From IMG/VR virus record IMGVR_UViG_3300009080_001637: 64,000 bases of DNA, one strand, 5' to 3'. The position numbers and the translations under genes are program-made. The notes beneath the pieces are model-generated. The model was not told where the DNA came from. It made no database searches and saw only the letters and a list, made by a program, of their open reading frames with translations. Shown piece after piece: positions 36,015-45,488 of this stretch. Source of the stretch: an uncultured virus (IMG/VR IMGVR_UViG_3300009080_001637). Taxonomy: Duplodnaviria; Heunggongvirae; Uroviricota; Caudoviricetes. Each line of letters starts with the position of its first letter. Within the stretch, counting starts at the first letter, position 1.

Positions 36015-37624
36015 AAATATTGTGGATATCAGACTTTTTTTCTCATAATATGAGGATACCCGGTGGTGCAGAAAAAGTTGATGAGATTTTGATGTCTTCT
36101 ATTTTAAAAAAACATGATATTAGAAAAATATCTTCCGGGCAGATTTCTAAATCTGATTTAAGTTATGATTTTTATATCGTCTCTAATTTTATAAATTTAC
36201 AAGAAGACATTAAATCTGAGTTGCAGAAGCTTAGATATATTATCATTGAGCATGATCATAAGTATCTTAAGTCTAGAAATCCATCAGTATATAAGAATAA
36301 AATAGCACCACCGTCTGAGATAATTAATTCAAGCTTTTACAGGAATGCGGAAGCTGTCTTTTGCCAATCTAAGGGCCATGCTGAAATACTTATTAAAAAT
36401 TTAAATTTAGAAAATGTTATCAATTTTGGATGTAGTTTCTGGTCAGAAAAGGAAATTGACGTTTTATCACAGAATATAAAGGCTGAAAAGAAAAAAGAAT
36501 TTGGTTATCTGAATAGCGATAATATCATAAAAGGATCTTTAAAATCTAAAAGATATTGTGATAAAAATGGATATAATGCTTTCGTTATTCAATCAGCCAG
36601 TTTTGACAAATTAATCAGTCAGCTATCGAAAGTTGAAAAATTTGTTTTCTTTCCCCAAGTTTATGAAACTTTTTGTAGATTGGCAGTTGAGGCTAGAGTT
36701 GTAGGGTGTACTCTTATAACTAATAATAACCTAGGGTGCTTCTCAGAGGAAGACATAAAAAATAAAAAAGGGGCCGATCTTCTAAAATATATAAAGAAAA
36801 AACAGAAATCAAATCTTAAGAAGCTATTTTCAGTGATTGAGGGAAAAACTCATCAATATTTTGTAAAAAATAAAAATAATATTGGAGATATAACTGTTAT
36901 ATTAAATTCTTATAGGCGTCCTTATAATCTCCAAATGCAAGTTGACGCGATCAGAAAACAAACTGTAAAACCAAAAGAAATTTGGTTATGGGTTAATCAT
37001 CATGAAGATAATGAAGGTTTTGATTATTCTTCTCTTGGTGTTGATAAAATAATTCAGAATGATTTTAATTGGAAGTTTTATGGCAGATTTGCAGCGGCCC
37101 TACTCTCAGACACTGAATATATTGCAATTTTTGATGACGATACTATTCCCGGATCCAAGTGGTTTGAGAACTGCCTTGATACGATGGAAGTGAGCGAGGG
37201 AATCATGGGCTCGGCAGGTGTCATCCTTGATGACAAATATTACGTCCGCCATGAACGCAGCGGCTGGGCTACGCAGAATCCAGAGACCGCCGAAGTTGAC
37301 TTAGTTGGGCACGCTTGGTTCTTTAAGAGGGATTGGCTCCAATACCTGTGGCGAGAAAAGCCACCCACATGGGATAATGGAGAAGATATACACTTCTCCT
37401 ACGCTGCTCAAAAATACGGAGGTATCAAAACATATTGCCCCCCACACCCTCCCGAAGATCGTGAATTACACGGGTCTATTATGGGCAATGAGCTAGGAAT
37501 TGACGACAAAGCTACTTCCAACAATAACGAGACTTCACATCAACAATTTTTTAATGAAAGAGATTTTTGTGTCCAAGAGGCTCTCCGAAAAGGGTGGCAG
37601 ACTGTGCGAGGAGTAAAATTATGA
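36011..37624 (+). CDS. Fused GT-B (GT4-like) and GT-A (GT2-like) glycosyltransferase
   Basis: N-terminal GGAE..ETFCRLAVEARVVGC; C-terminal ITVILNSYRRP..FDDDTIPG..GEDIHFS. Confidence 0.8.
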   Translation: MKILWISDFFSHNMRIPGGAEKVDEILMSSILKKHDIRKISSGQISKSDLSYDFYIVSNFINLQEDIKSELQKLRYIIIEHDHKYLKSRNPSVYKNKIAPPSEIINSSFYRNAEAVFCQSKGHAEILIKNLNLENVINFGCSFWSEKEIDVLSQNIKAEKKKEFGYLNSDNIIKGSLKSKRYCDKNGYNAFVIQSASFDKLISQLSKVEKFVFFPQVYETFCRLAVEARVVGCTLITNNNLGCFSEEDIKNKKGADLLKYIKKKQKSNLKKLFSVIEGKTHQYFVKNKNNIGDITVILNSYRRPYNLQMQVDAIRKQTVKPKEIWLWVNHHEDNEGFDYSSLGVDKIIQNDFNWKFYGRFAAALLSDTEYIAIFDDDTIPGSKWFENCLDTMEVSEGIMGSAGVILDDKYYVRHERSGWATQNPETAEVDLVGHAWFFKRDWLQYLWREKPPTWDNGEDIHFSYAAQKYGGIKTYCPPHPPEDRELHGSIMGNELGIDDKATSNNNETSHQQFFNERDFCVQEALRKGWQTVRGVKL

Positions 37625-37689
37625 TTCTCATGGCATTTGGGACAAGACCCGAATACATCAAAATTAAACCTCTAAAGGAATTAAGATGA
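37621..37689 (+). pseudogene. 22-aa N-terminal remnant of UDP-GlcNAc 2-epimerase (WecB-like)
   Basis: MILMAFGTRPEYIKIKPLKELR*; GTRPExIK is the WecB signature; GAGGAG RBS; ATGA overlaps with both neighbours. Confidence 0.7.
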
Positions 37690-38468
37690 AAGAGTTTGAT
37701 AAAGAGTTTGATAAGTTTTTGGGAAAGCTGAAAAATAAAGAAAATTTTGCATTTGCACGTTTTTCCGATGGAGAACTTTTTATTTTGCGAAACGAAACTG
37801 TAATTCTTGCCGAAAGCCACTTTGTTACAGGGCAGCGAAAAGGTCACGGAACATACCCTCCCGAAGAACAGAAAGAATTTATTCCCGAAAAACACAGCTT
37901 CTATCAGGAAAAGTTAGTAGAATGCTTTAAGTTTAAGACGCCAGAGTATTATAAGGGCATTTGCTGCCGCAATGATGTAGGAGAGGAAGCTTTCTTCTGG
38001 CAAAAGGGTCTAAACGGCGGTGATGCAGACCTTACTTTTTCAAATCTCTTGATTAACCGTAATTATCGCCGCTTTGTAGATGAGCTAGTTCCCGTCTTAA
38101 AAGGGCGTGATATTCTTTATGTGGTCAATAAATCAGCAAACTTAGAAGGGTTACCGTTCAAGGTTAAAAAAGACTTTAGAATCGGCAGTAACTGCATGAT
38201 TGATAACTACGACACAATTGAGGAAGTAAAACAATACATCCGAGACAATAAGATCAAAGATCATGTGATTCTGTGTTCGGCAGCAAGTCTGAGCAATTTT
38301 ATTATCCGAGAGTGTTTCGAGGACAATCCAAAAAATACTTTTTTGGATATTGGCAGTTGCCTAAATCCTTATCTGGAACTTGAAGGGTGGAAACACACCA
38401 GAGGGTACTTGACTCATTACTGGCTTAAAAGCGGGAGTCCCTACGGTGAGCAGGTGGATATCTGGTAA
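37686..38468 (+). CDS. GT-D fold (DUF1792-like) putative glycosyltransferase
   Basis: FAFARFSDGE ... LDIGS. Confidence 0.6.
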   Translation: MKEFDKEFDKFLGKLKNKENFAFARFSDGELFILRNETVILAESHFVTGQRKGHGTYPPEEQKEFIPEKHSFYQEKLVECFKFKTPEYYKGICCRNDVGEEAFFWQKGLNGGDADLTFSNLLINRNYRRFVDELVPVLKGRDILYVVNKSANLEGLPFKVKKDFRIGSNCMIDNYDTIEEVKQYIRDNKIKDHVILCSAASLSNFIIRECFEDNPKNTFLDIGSCLNPYLELEGWKHTRGYLTHYWLKSGSPYGEQVDIW

Positions 38469-38851
38469 TGTATAAATTAGAAAAAAATATGAGTGATTAC
38501 TGGGACTTCATCCTCGAACTTAGAAATGATCCGAGAGTAAAGAAGGGCTTTATTCAGCAAAAACAAATAAGCCGTCAAGATCATTCTATGTATATGCAGG
38601 CTTTTGGTGAAAGTTTTTACATTTGCCTTGATAGCGCCAAGCCTATCGGCTATATTGGGGTTATAAACAAGGATATTCGAGTAGCTACTCATCCTGACCA
38701 TCAAGGAAAAGGTGTTGCCAAATTCATGGTCACCGAGGTGATGAAAAGGCATCCTGAAGCTTTTGCTAAAGTTAAGGTTGAAAACGAGGCAAGCTTAAAG
38801 TTGTTTGAGAGCTGTGGTTTTAAAAAGAAATATTTTATTCTGGAGAGATAA
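38468..38851 (+). CDS. GNAT N-acetyltransferase (PseH-like)
   Basis: LRNDP.V, QGKGVA, NEASLKLFESCGF. Confidence 0.85.
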   Translation: MYKLEKNMSDYWDFILELRNDPRVKKGFIQQKQISRQDHSMYMQAFGESFYICLDSAKPIGYIGVINKDIRVATHPDHQGKGVAKFMVTEVMKRHPEAFAKVKVENEASLKLFESCGFKKKYFILER

Positions 38852-39459
38852 TGCTTCATAATCCCTACAAGATTGTAAAAATGTTCGAAGAAGAGATGGC
38901 GTACTATACCGGTGCGCCATATGCTGTTTCGGTCAATAGTTGTACGAACGCCATTTTTCTATGCTGCAAATACCTCGGTGTGGAAGAAGTTACAATTCCA
39001 AAGCGCACTTATCTTTCAGTACCGCAATCAGTCATTCAGGCAGGTGGTAACATTAAGTTTGAAGATATTAGGTGGCAAGGCGCGTATCAACTTAAGCCTT
39101 ATCCTATTTGGGATGCGGCAAAAAGGCTAACGAGCAAGATGTATGTTCCTGACTCTCACATGTGCTTGTCTTTTCACATCAAGAAGCACCTTAAGATTGG
39201 GAAAGGCGGCATGATCCTGACCTCCGATAAAAATCTTGTTGATTGGGTCAGGGAGGCTCGCTACGAAGGCAGAAGCGAAGGGATCAGGTATCAGGATGAT
39301 GACATTGATTCTATGGGCTGGAACATGTATATGACGCCCGAGCAAGCAGCCCGAGGGTTAACGCTGATGCAAAACTACCCATCTCATGTTCGAGATATAC
39401 CCGAAGACCCCCCTTATAGAGACTTGACTGAATTTAAACTTTTTGAGGGTGCCAAGTGA
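38851..39459 (+). CDS. Short DegT/DnrJ/EryC1-family aminotransferase
   Basis: AVSVNSCTNAI, WDAA, SFHIKKHL.IGKGGMI; only 202 aa. Confidence 0.8.
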   Translation: MLHNPYKIVKMFEEEMAYYTGAPYAVSVNSCTNAIFLCCKYLGVEEVTIPKRTYLSVPQSVIQAGGNIKFEDIRWQGAYQLKPYPIWDAAKRLTSKMYVPDSHMCLSFHIKKHLKIGKGGMILTSDKNLVDWVREARYEGRSEGIRYQDDDIDSMGWNMYMTPEQAARGLTLMQNYPSHVRDIPEDPPYRDLTEFKLFEGAK

Positions 39460-40292
39460 AGGTTGCTCTTTGTCTACATGGATATTTTGGAACGTTAAGC
39501 ACGGGGGATTTTACCACTGCCGCTGGCGGGTATGAGCACATACAAGAGCGTGTTTATTCTAAAGTTGATAATGTTGATGTTTTTGTGCATTGTTGGCAAC
39601 CCGAGTTTGAAGAGCAGATCGAAAAACTTTATAAACCCAAGCAGTCCGTCTATGAAGAGCAGATTGATTTTGATAAGGTGTGTAAGGAAAACGGAATAGA
39701 TCAAGAGTATATCGACGTGGGGTTTCCTAGAGAGAAAACAATGTATAAGAATGCTATCGCTCATAGAATTCTTAGTTTTTATTATTCAAGGTGTAAATCA
39801 TTAGAACTAAAAAAAGAATATGAGAGACAAAAGCATTTTAAGTATGATTGGGTTATTGCAACTAGATTTGATATCGGTCAACGTGGAGGCAGGGAAGTAA
39901 ATCAAATTAAATTTAATCCTTCTCGTGAGAAAGAATTTTTATACACAGCATACTGGAATCAAATGAACGCAGGATATGGGGATATGTGGTTTTATGGATC
40001 AAGCGATATTATGAATTTATATTCATTAATTTATAGCAATGCGTTAAAAGATTTCAAAAAAGACTCTGAATATCAAAAGTGTTTAACCTCTGGGTGGTTT
40101 GATAGTAATCAATTTGATGTGTTTAACTTCAATGACAGCGCTCAGTTTACAAATGAAGTAGAAAAGCCGAAGTCAGAAAGAAGTGTCAATTTAATGAGAT
40201 TCCCAAGGTGGAGAACTACCGATAGCCATCTTCACCACAAGTGGTTTTGTAGACAGGTGGGCTTATATGAAAAAACGAGGTGGGTAAAATGA
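39456..40292 (+). CDS. Putative glycosyltransferase-like protein
   Basis: MKVALCLHG, DVFVHCW, YDWVIATRFD pattern seen in glycosylation loci. Confidence 0.6.
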   Translation: MKVALCLHGYFGTLSTGDFTTAAGGYEHIQERVYSKVDNVDVFVHCWQPEFEEQIEKLYKPKQSVYEEQIDFDKVCKENGIDQEYIDVGFPREKTMYKNAIAHRILSFYYSRCKSLELKKEYERQKHFKYDWVIATRFDIGQRGGREVNQIKFNPSREKEFLYTAYWNQMNAGYGDMWFYGSSDIMNLYSLIYSNALKDFKKDSEYQKCLTSGWFDSNQFDVFNFNDSAQFTNEVEKPKSERSVNLMRFPRWRTTDSHLHHKWFCRQVGLYEKTRWVK

Positions 40293-41014
40293 TTCCAATT
40301 GTATTCTATTCTCATTCAGACTATTCAGATGTCTGGGCTCCAATGATCAGTCAGACACATAAATATCTTAAGCAGTATAAAAAATATTTATTTACTGATA
40401 AACTGAAAGGGGATCATTTGCTTGATAATAGCTGGAATGTGATCTTATATGATGATTCTTTAAGATATCAAGATAGGGTTCTATCTTGTTTAAAAAAAGT
40501 AAAAGAAGAGATAATATTTTTTCATCATGAAGATATGTTTTTATATGATAATCCTGATGAGACAAAATTAAAAGAAATCATTAATTTGGTTACGAAGGGA
40601 GAGATAGATATAGTCAAATTAATTAGAGCGAGCTATAATCAAGATGATGTCTTGTTAAGAAACACTACTCACGAAAATATTTATGAAAATCCAAAAAATC
40701 TTAATTTTGCCATCCAGCCAAGTATATGTAGGAAAGATAAATTAGAAATAATTTATGGTAGAACATCAGGTTCTAATATTTGGGAATTTGAGTCCAATTC
40801 TTCGACTGTGTGTGAATATTTTAAAATTAAAACCGGTATGGTTTGGCAGGACAAGGACGAAAAGAGAGGAATGTTTCACTGGGATAGCAGTATTTATCCT
40901 TATTTTGCAACCGCCATTTCAAAGGGAAAATGGACAATTGGTACATATGGTGATGAATTGAAAAATATTTTACAAGAAAACGAGGTTAATATATCAACTA
41001 GAGGTACTATATGA
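40280..41014 (+). CDS. Putative GT-A-like protein
   Basis: YSDVW, FHHEDMFL, IWEFE, GKW; gene context. Confidence 0.55.
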   Translation: MGKMIPIVFYSHSDYSDVWAPMISQTHKYLKQYKKYLFTDKLKGDHLLDNSWNVILYDDSLRYQDRVLSCLKKVKEEIIFFHHEDMFLYDNPDETKLKEIINLVTKGEIDIVKLIRASYNQDDVLLRNTTHENIYENPKNLNFAIQPSICRKDKLEIIYGRTSGSNIWEFESNSSTVCEYFKIKTGMVWQDKDEKRGMFHWDSSIYPYFATAISKGKWTIGTYGDELKNILQENEVNISTRGTI

Positions 41015-41658
41015 ATTTAAAACTTGTAATTTTTGATATGGATGGTGTTTTAGTTGATGCATGTGAGTGGCATCGAGTAGCACTAAATAAGTCACTAGAA
41101 AAACTTTCTAATTATACCATAACAAAGGAGGATCACTATTCTACCTTTAATGGTTTGCCAACTAAGATAAAGTTAAAAAAATTAGCAGAAATGGGCCGGA
41201 TCTCCTTTGATAATCATGCGGAAATAAACAACCTAAAACAAGAGAAAACTATTGAAATTATTAATACAATGTGTGATGTAGACCATAGTAAAGTAGAATT
41301 GCTAAAGTGGCTACAAGATCAAGGTATCATTGTCGCTTGTTATACAAATAGCATTAGAAAAACCACTAATTTAATGCTTCAAAAAACAGGAATAATTGAT
41401 TTTTTTGCAAAAATTTTAACAAATCAAGACGTTGAAAATTCAAAGCCACATCCAGAGGGTTATAACAATATATTGGAGACATTTAATATACTTCCAGAAG
41501 AATGTATTATTGTTGAAGATTCACCAAAGGGATTAGAAGCAGCATATGCTTCTGGGTGTTTTGTAATGAAAGTCGTTAACCCATCAGAAGTAATTAAAGA
41601 AAATATTAGGAGTTATATTAATGAAAATTTTAATACCAATGGCCGGAGCAGGCAGTAG
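41011..41658 (+). CDS. HAD-superfamily phosphatase
   Basis: FDMDGVLVD, TNS, KPHPEG, VEDSPKG. Confidence 0.9.
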   Translation: MNLKLVIFDMDGVLVDACEWHRVALNKSLEKLSNYTITKEDHYSTFNGLPTKIKLKKLAEMGRISFDNHAEINNLKQEKTIEIINTMCDVDHSKVELLKWLQDQGIIVACYTNSIRKTTNLMLQKTGIIDFFAKILTNQDVENSKPHPEGYNNILETFNILPEECIIVEDSPKGLEAAYASGCFVMKVVNPSEVIKENIRSYINENFNTNGRSRQ

Positions 41659-42340
41659 GTTCGCTAAAGAGGACTACACTTTTCCCAAGCCTCTTATTGA
41701 TGTCGCCGGAAAGCCAATGATACAGACGGTTGTAGAGAATCTAGATTTTGACTGTGAATATATTTTTTTAGTTAGAAGAGAACATATCGAATCTTTTGAT
41801 GGACTTTTAAATACTTTGGAGGTCATAACAAATGGTAGATTTAAATATGTAGTTGTAGATGAATTAACCGAAGGGGCTGCTTGCACTGCTCTTTTAGCAG
41901 AGAAGTATATCGATACTGATGAAGACCTATTGATAGCAAATTCAGATCAGTATATTGAATACTTATCTCAAAATTTTATATCTTTAAAAAACATTACGAA
42001 TGTTGATGGAATTGTGTTTACTTTCAATGCGGTCCACCCAAAGTGGTCATTTGTTAGAACAAATTCTAGAGGATATGTTATAGAGGTGGCTGAGAAAAAG
42101 CCTATCTCAAACATTGCAACATGTGGTATTTATTGGTACAGAAGAGGCTCCGACTTTGTAAAATATACAAAACAAATGGTGGATAAAAATATTAGAGTTA
42201 ATAACGAATTTTATATCGCACCAGTGTACAACGAACTCATAAACGATAATAAGACTTTAATTCCTTTTTATGTACATAAAATGTGGGGCCTTGGAACCCC
42301 TGAAGATTTAACATATTATCTTGAGAGAATGAAAAAATGA
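41621..42340 (+). CDS. Sugar-phosphate nucleotidyltransferase-like protein
   Basis: IPMAGAGSRF..PKPLI, ANSDQ, AEKKPIS, NNEFYIAPVYN, LGTPEDL. Confidence 0.85.
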   Translation: MKILIPMAGAGSRFAKEDYTFPKPLIDVAGKPMIQTVVENLDFDCEYIFLVRREHIESFDGLLNTLEVITNGRFKYVVVDELTEGAACTALLAEKYIDTDEDLLIANSDQYIEYLSQNFISLKNITNVDGIVFTFNAVHPKWSFVRTNSRGYVIEVAEKKPISNIATCGIYWYRRGSDFVKYTKQMVDKNIRVNNEFYIAPVYNELINDNKTLIPFYVHKMWGLGTPEDLTYYLERMKK

Positions 42341-42768
42341 TATTAATATCACATCGAGGAAATTTGAATGGCAGGGAAAGTGAGGAAAATAACCCCTATA
42401 AGCTTGACATGTTGTTAGATTTAGGATATAATATCGAAATAGACGTTTGGTTTAACGATAACAAATTTTTTCTTGGTCATGACTCACCGGAGTATAGAGT
42501 TAGTTTAGATTACTTACAAAATGATTTGTTGTGGTGTCATGCTAAGAATCTTTTATCTTTGGAAATTATGTTAAAAGAAGGTATACATTGTTTTTGGCAC
42601 CAAACTGATGATTTTACTTTAACAAGTCGAGGGTTTATCTGGACCTACCCAAACAAACCAGTGTTAAAGAAAAACATAATCGTTTGTCAGACTCTTGAAG
42701 ATACAACATACTATTCAAAACGTGATGTAGCTGGTATTTGCAGCGATTATATAGGTTATTTAAAATGA
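42337..42768 (+). CDS. PLC/GDPD-like phosphodiesterase-fold protein
   Basis: ISHRGN, EIDVW, LGHD, WCHAKN, GICSD. Confidence 0.75.
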   Translation: MILISHRGNLNGRESEENNPYKLDMLLDLGYNIEIDVWFNDNKFFLGHDSPEYRVSLDYLQNDLLWCHAKNLLSLEIMLKEGIHCFWHQTDDFTLTSRGFIWTYPNKPVLKKNIIVCQTLEDTTYYSKRDVAGICSDYIGYLK

Positions 42769-43721
42769 AACTAGTGGTAATAACAGGATGTTTGGGATTT
42801 ATTGGATCTCACATAACAGAATTGTGTCTAAAAAAAGGCTGGAAAGTATTCGGAATTGATAGTGAAACATATGCTGCCAACGTAAGACTAAAAGATCATT
42901 TCAAAAGTTTATACGGAGATAATTTTGAATATTTAAATAAAAAAATAGAAAAACTAAATTATCTCCCTGATTGTGACTATGTGATCAATACGGCGGCTGA
43001 GACTCATGTTGGAAATAGTATTATTGACAGCGATAACTTCATAATGTCAAATATTCTAGGAGTTCAGAATTTATTAAAGCTTATTAAACAGAAGCCAAAT
43101 AACACATTCAGAAGGCCAATCCTGTTTCACATCAGCACTGATGAAGTTTATGGAGATATAGAGGAAGGATCTCATAACGAGAAAACCCTTTTAAACCCCA
43201 GTAATCCATATTCTTCATCAAAGGCAGCAGCAGATCTATTAATAACTTCTTGGGCGAGGACTTATGGAATAGAATACGTCATTCTTCGCCCTACTAATAA
43301 TTATGGTATTTATCAATATCCAGAAAAACTTATTCCTTTATCTGTTAGAGCCCTTGATCGTGGAAAGAAAATAAGACTTCACAATAACGGCGAGCCAATT
43401 AGAAACTGGCTCCATGTTCAAGATACTGCATCATCAGTAATTTTTTTAATCGAGAGTGGGTCTGTAAATGAAATATACAATATTTCAGGCGGATTTGAAC
43501 AGAAAAATTCTGAGACAGTTAGAAAAATAATACAAGCTTATTATGACACAAGTAGAAATTGGAAAGACTATATCGAAATAGGTTGGTCTCGCCCCGGTCA
43601 AGATGTAAGATATTCTTTGGATGACTCTAAATTAAAGAGTTTGGGGTGGGACACGAAAAAAACTTTTGATTTAGAGATAAAAATTATAGTTGATCACTAT
43701 AAAAACAATTTTAGATGGTAA
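42765..43721 (+). CDS. rfbB: dTDP-glucose 4,6-dehydratase-like NDP-sugar dehydratase
   Basis: TGCLGFIG, AAETHV, ISTDEVYG, PYSSSKAAAD, QYPEKLIP, RPGQDVRY; start set at ATG 42765. Confidence 0.85.
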   Translation: MKLVVITGCLGFIGSHITELCLKKGWKVFGIDSETYAANVRLKDHFKSLYGDNFEYLNKKIEKLNYLPDCDYVINTAAETHVGNSIIDSDNFIMSNILGVQNLLKLIKQKPNNTFRRPILFHISTDEVYGDIEEGSHNEKTLLNPSNPYSSSKAAADLLITSWARTYGIEYVILRPTNNYGIYQYPEKLIPLSVRALDRGKKIRLHNNGEPIRNWLHVQDTASSVIFLIESGSVNEIYNISGGFEQKNSETVRKIIQAYYDTSRNWKDYIEIGWSRPGQDVRYSLDDSKLKSLGWDTKKTFDLEIKIIVDHYKNNFRW

Positions 43722-43733
43722 AAGGAGACTAAA

Positions 43734-43922
43734 ATGAAATTAAGTAATCAAGCAGTAGGTGCCGTTATGATGGCACTTCAAAAAGGACTCGTGGAACAAA
43801 CAGATATTACAGATCTTTTAAAAGATTTTGTAATAAAAGAACAGGAAGGAGAGCTTATTGTTCAGAATCCACCAACCGTCAAATTTCACTTTGATGAAGA
43901 CGCAACCCACAACCAAGATTAA
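43734..43922 (+). CDS. Hypothetical protein
   Basis: AAGGAG RBS, 62 aa. Confidence 0.7.
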   Translation: MKLSNQAVGAVMMALQKGLVEQTDITDLLKDFVIKEQEGELIVQNPPTVKFHFDEDATHNQD

Positions 43923-43924
43923 TT

Positions 43925-44203
43925 ATGCCGAAGTATACTTATGAGTGTAATACGTGTGGAAATATTGAAGAAAAACGCCACGGAATGACGGAAACGTACT
44001 CCTATTGCCCAAAGTGCGACGAAGAGGGTAATACAACAAGAATACCTTCTGTAACTTCTATTTTTACGAAAAATGAGGGCTCCCCGCGCTCTCAAAAAAC
44101 AGGTCGCATCGTTGAAGACTTTATAAAGTCTTCGCGTGAAGATTTAAAACAAGAAAAGCGAAGATTAATAGACATCAGTAAAACGGAGCACCAACCAGAA
44201 TGA
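43925..44203 (+). CDS. FmdB-like zinc-ribbon protein
   Basis: MPKYTYECNTCG...CPKC. Confidence 0.85.
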   Translation: MPKYTYECNTCGNIEEKRHGMTETYSYCPKCDEEGNTTRIPSVTSIFTKNEGSPRSQKTGRIVEDFIKSSREDLKQEKRRLIDISKTEHQPE

Positions 44204-44553
44204 CCATCCTTATCTCCCTCTTTATCCTTTCAACAGTCTTCAACGTCCTACTCTGCTGGTATATGAGAGAGACGGCAAGAAATATGATGATTATGGTGAA
44301 TGGTTTAACTCACCTCTCAATCATATTCTCAGATTTCAAGAAACATGTCGGTACTTTAAAAGAAATGGAGTTGTTTTACGGCGATCAGACTCTTGTGAAT
44401 CTATTCAACCACATTGAGTTTATTACCGAAGAACTTAAAGAATTTGAAGAACTAACTGAAATGTCAAATGAGGACGAAACTTATGACGAATACGAAGGAA
44501 GCGAAGAAGAGGAAGAAGAAGAGGAAGAATCATTACTTCACAAAGGACCATGA
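44200..44553 (+). CDS. Membrane-anchored protein with acidic tail
   Basis: N-terminal TM helix, poly-E C-terminus. Confidence 0.65.
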   Translation: MTILISLFILSTVFNVLLCWYMRETARNMMIMVNGLTHLSIIFSDFKKHVGTLKEMELFYGDQTLVNLFNHIEFITEELKEFEELTEMSNEDETYDEYEGSEEEEEEEEESLLHKGP

Positions 44554-45193
44554 AAAAGTAATAATTCAGTATGCTAATTGTGAAGATTACGAAGAGCGAA
44601 ATAGAATGTACAATGAGACTCTTGCTCCAGTTTTTAATGAACTGGTAAACAAGATTGTCTTTACCTATAAATTTAATTCACTTCCGAACATCGATATATT
44701 AAAAGAAGACTGTAAAGTATGGCTGACTACTGTCGTCGGCAAATTTGACCCCAGTAAGGGGCACGCCGCCTTCAGCTATTTTTCAGTGATAACTAAGAAT
44801 TGGTTCATCCAAGAAATAAAAAAGAGAAACAAAAAGTCTAAGAGAGAAATATTACTCGAAGATGCTTATATCGAAGAAAATGTCGCAGAACAGATGATCG
44901 TATATAACGAGTATGACCAGTGGAGAGAAACTGCTGAGTTCTGGCAATACCTGTGGAACGAAATTGAGGTCTGGGATAATGAGAACCTCAAAGAAAATGA
45001 AAAAAAAGTCCTCGAAGCAGTTAAAATCTTGCTTTCCAGCAGCGAGGAAATAGAAATTTTTAATAAAAAAGCTATTTACTTATACCTAAGAGAGATCACG
45101 GGGTTAAATACAAAACAAGTTGTTAACAATCTCAACCGCTTACGCGTAAGATATAGGGAGTTCAGAAAAAAATGGGAAGCCGGAAAAATTTAA
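44468..45193 (+). CDS. Phage sigma-factor-like protein (T4 gp55-like late sigma candidate)
   Basis: NHYFT..., KFDPSKGHAAFSYFSVITKNWFIQ resembles sigma region 2 as found in gp55-like proteins. Confidence 0.7.
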   Translation: MRTKLMTNTKEAKKRKKKRKNHYFTKDHEKVIIQYANCEDYEERNRMYNETLAPVFNELVNKIVFTYKFNSLPNIDILKEDCKVWLTTVVGKFDPSKGHAAFSYFSVITKNWFIQEIKKRNKKSKREILLEDAYIEENVAEQMIVYNEYDQWRETAEFWQYLWNEIEVWDNENLKENEKKVLEAVKILLSSSEEIEIFNKKAIYLYLREITGLNTKQVVNNLNRLRVRYREFRKKWEAGKI

Positions 45194-45486
45194 AAGATTT
45201 AGAAAGTTTTATGATCGAGGCGATTGATAACATCAATGCTGATCGGGCAATGACTAGATCTCTCATGACAGACCTCCTTATTTATATCAAAAAGTCAGAA
45301 CATAATCACAAAGAAGTGGGCTTTGTCGCGGCAAAATATCTTGAAACCCTACAGAGATCTAACGAGCAGTTAGTAAAACTAGCAGGGATAATTCAAAAAC
45401 AAGAAGCAAAGACTCTAGATCATTCTCTCTCTTCGAACGACCAAGACAAATTATTTGACGAAATTCAGAATAATGGAGAAGAATAG
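45172..45486 (+). CDS. Hypothetical helical protein
   Basis: 104-aa ORF; CTATTTAC at 45072 upstream. Confidence 0.65.
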   Translation: MGSRKNLKDLESFMIEAIDNINADRAMTRSLMTDLLIYIKKSEHNHKEVGFVAAKYLETLQRSNEQLVKLAGIIQKQEAKTLDHSLSSNDQDKLFDEIQNNGEE

Positions 45487-45488
45487 GT

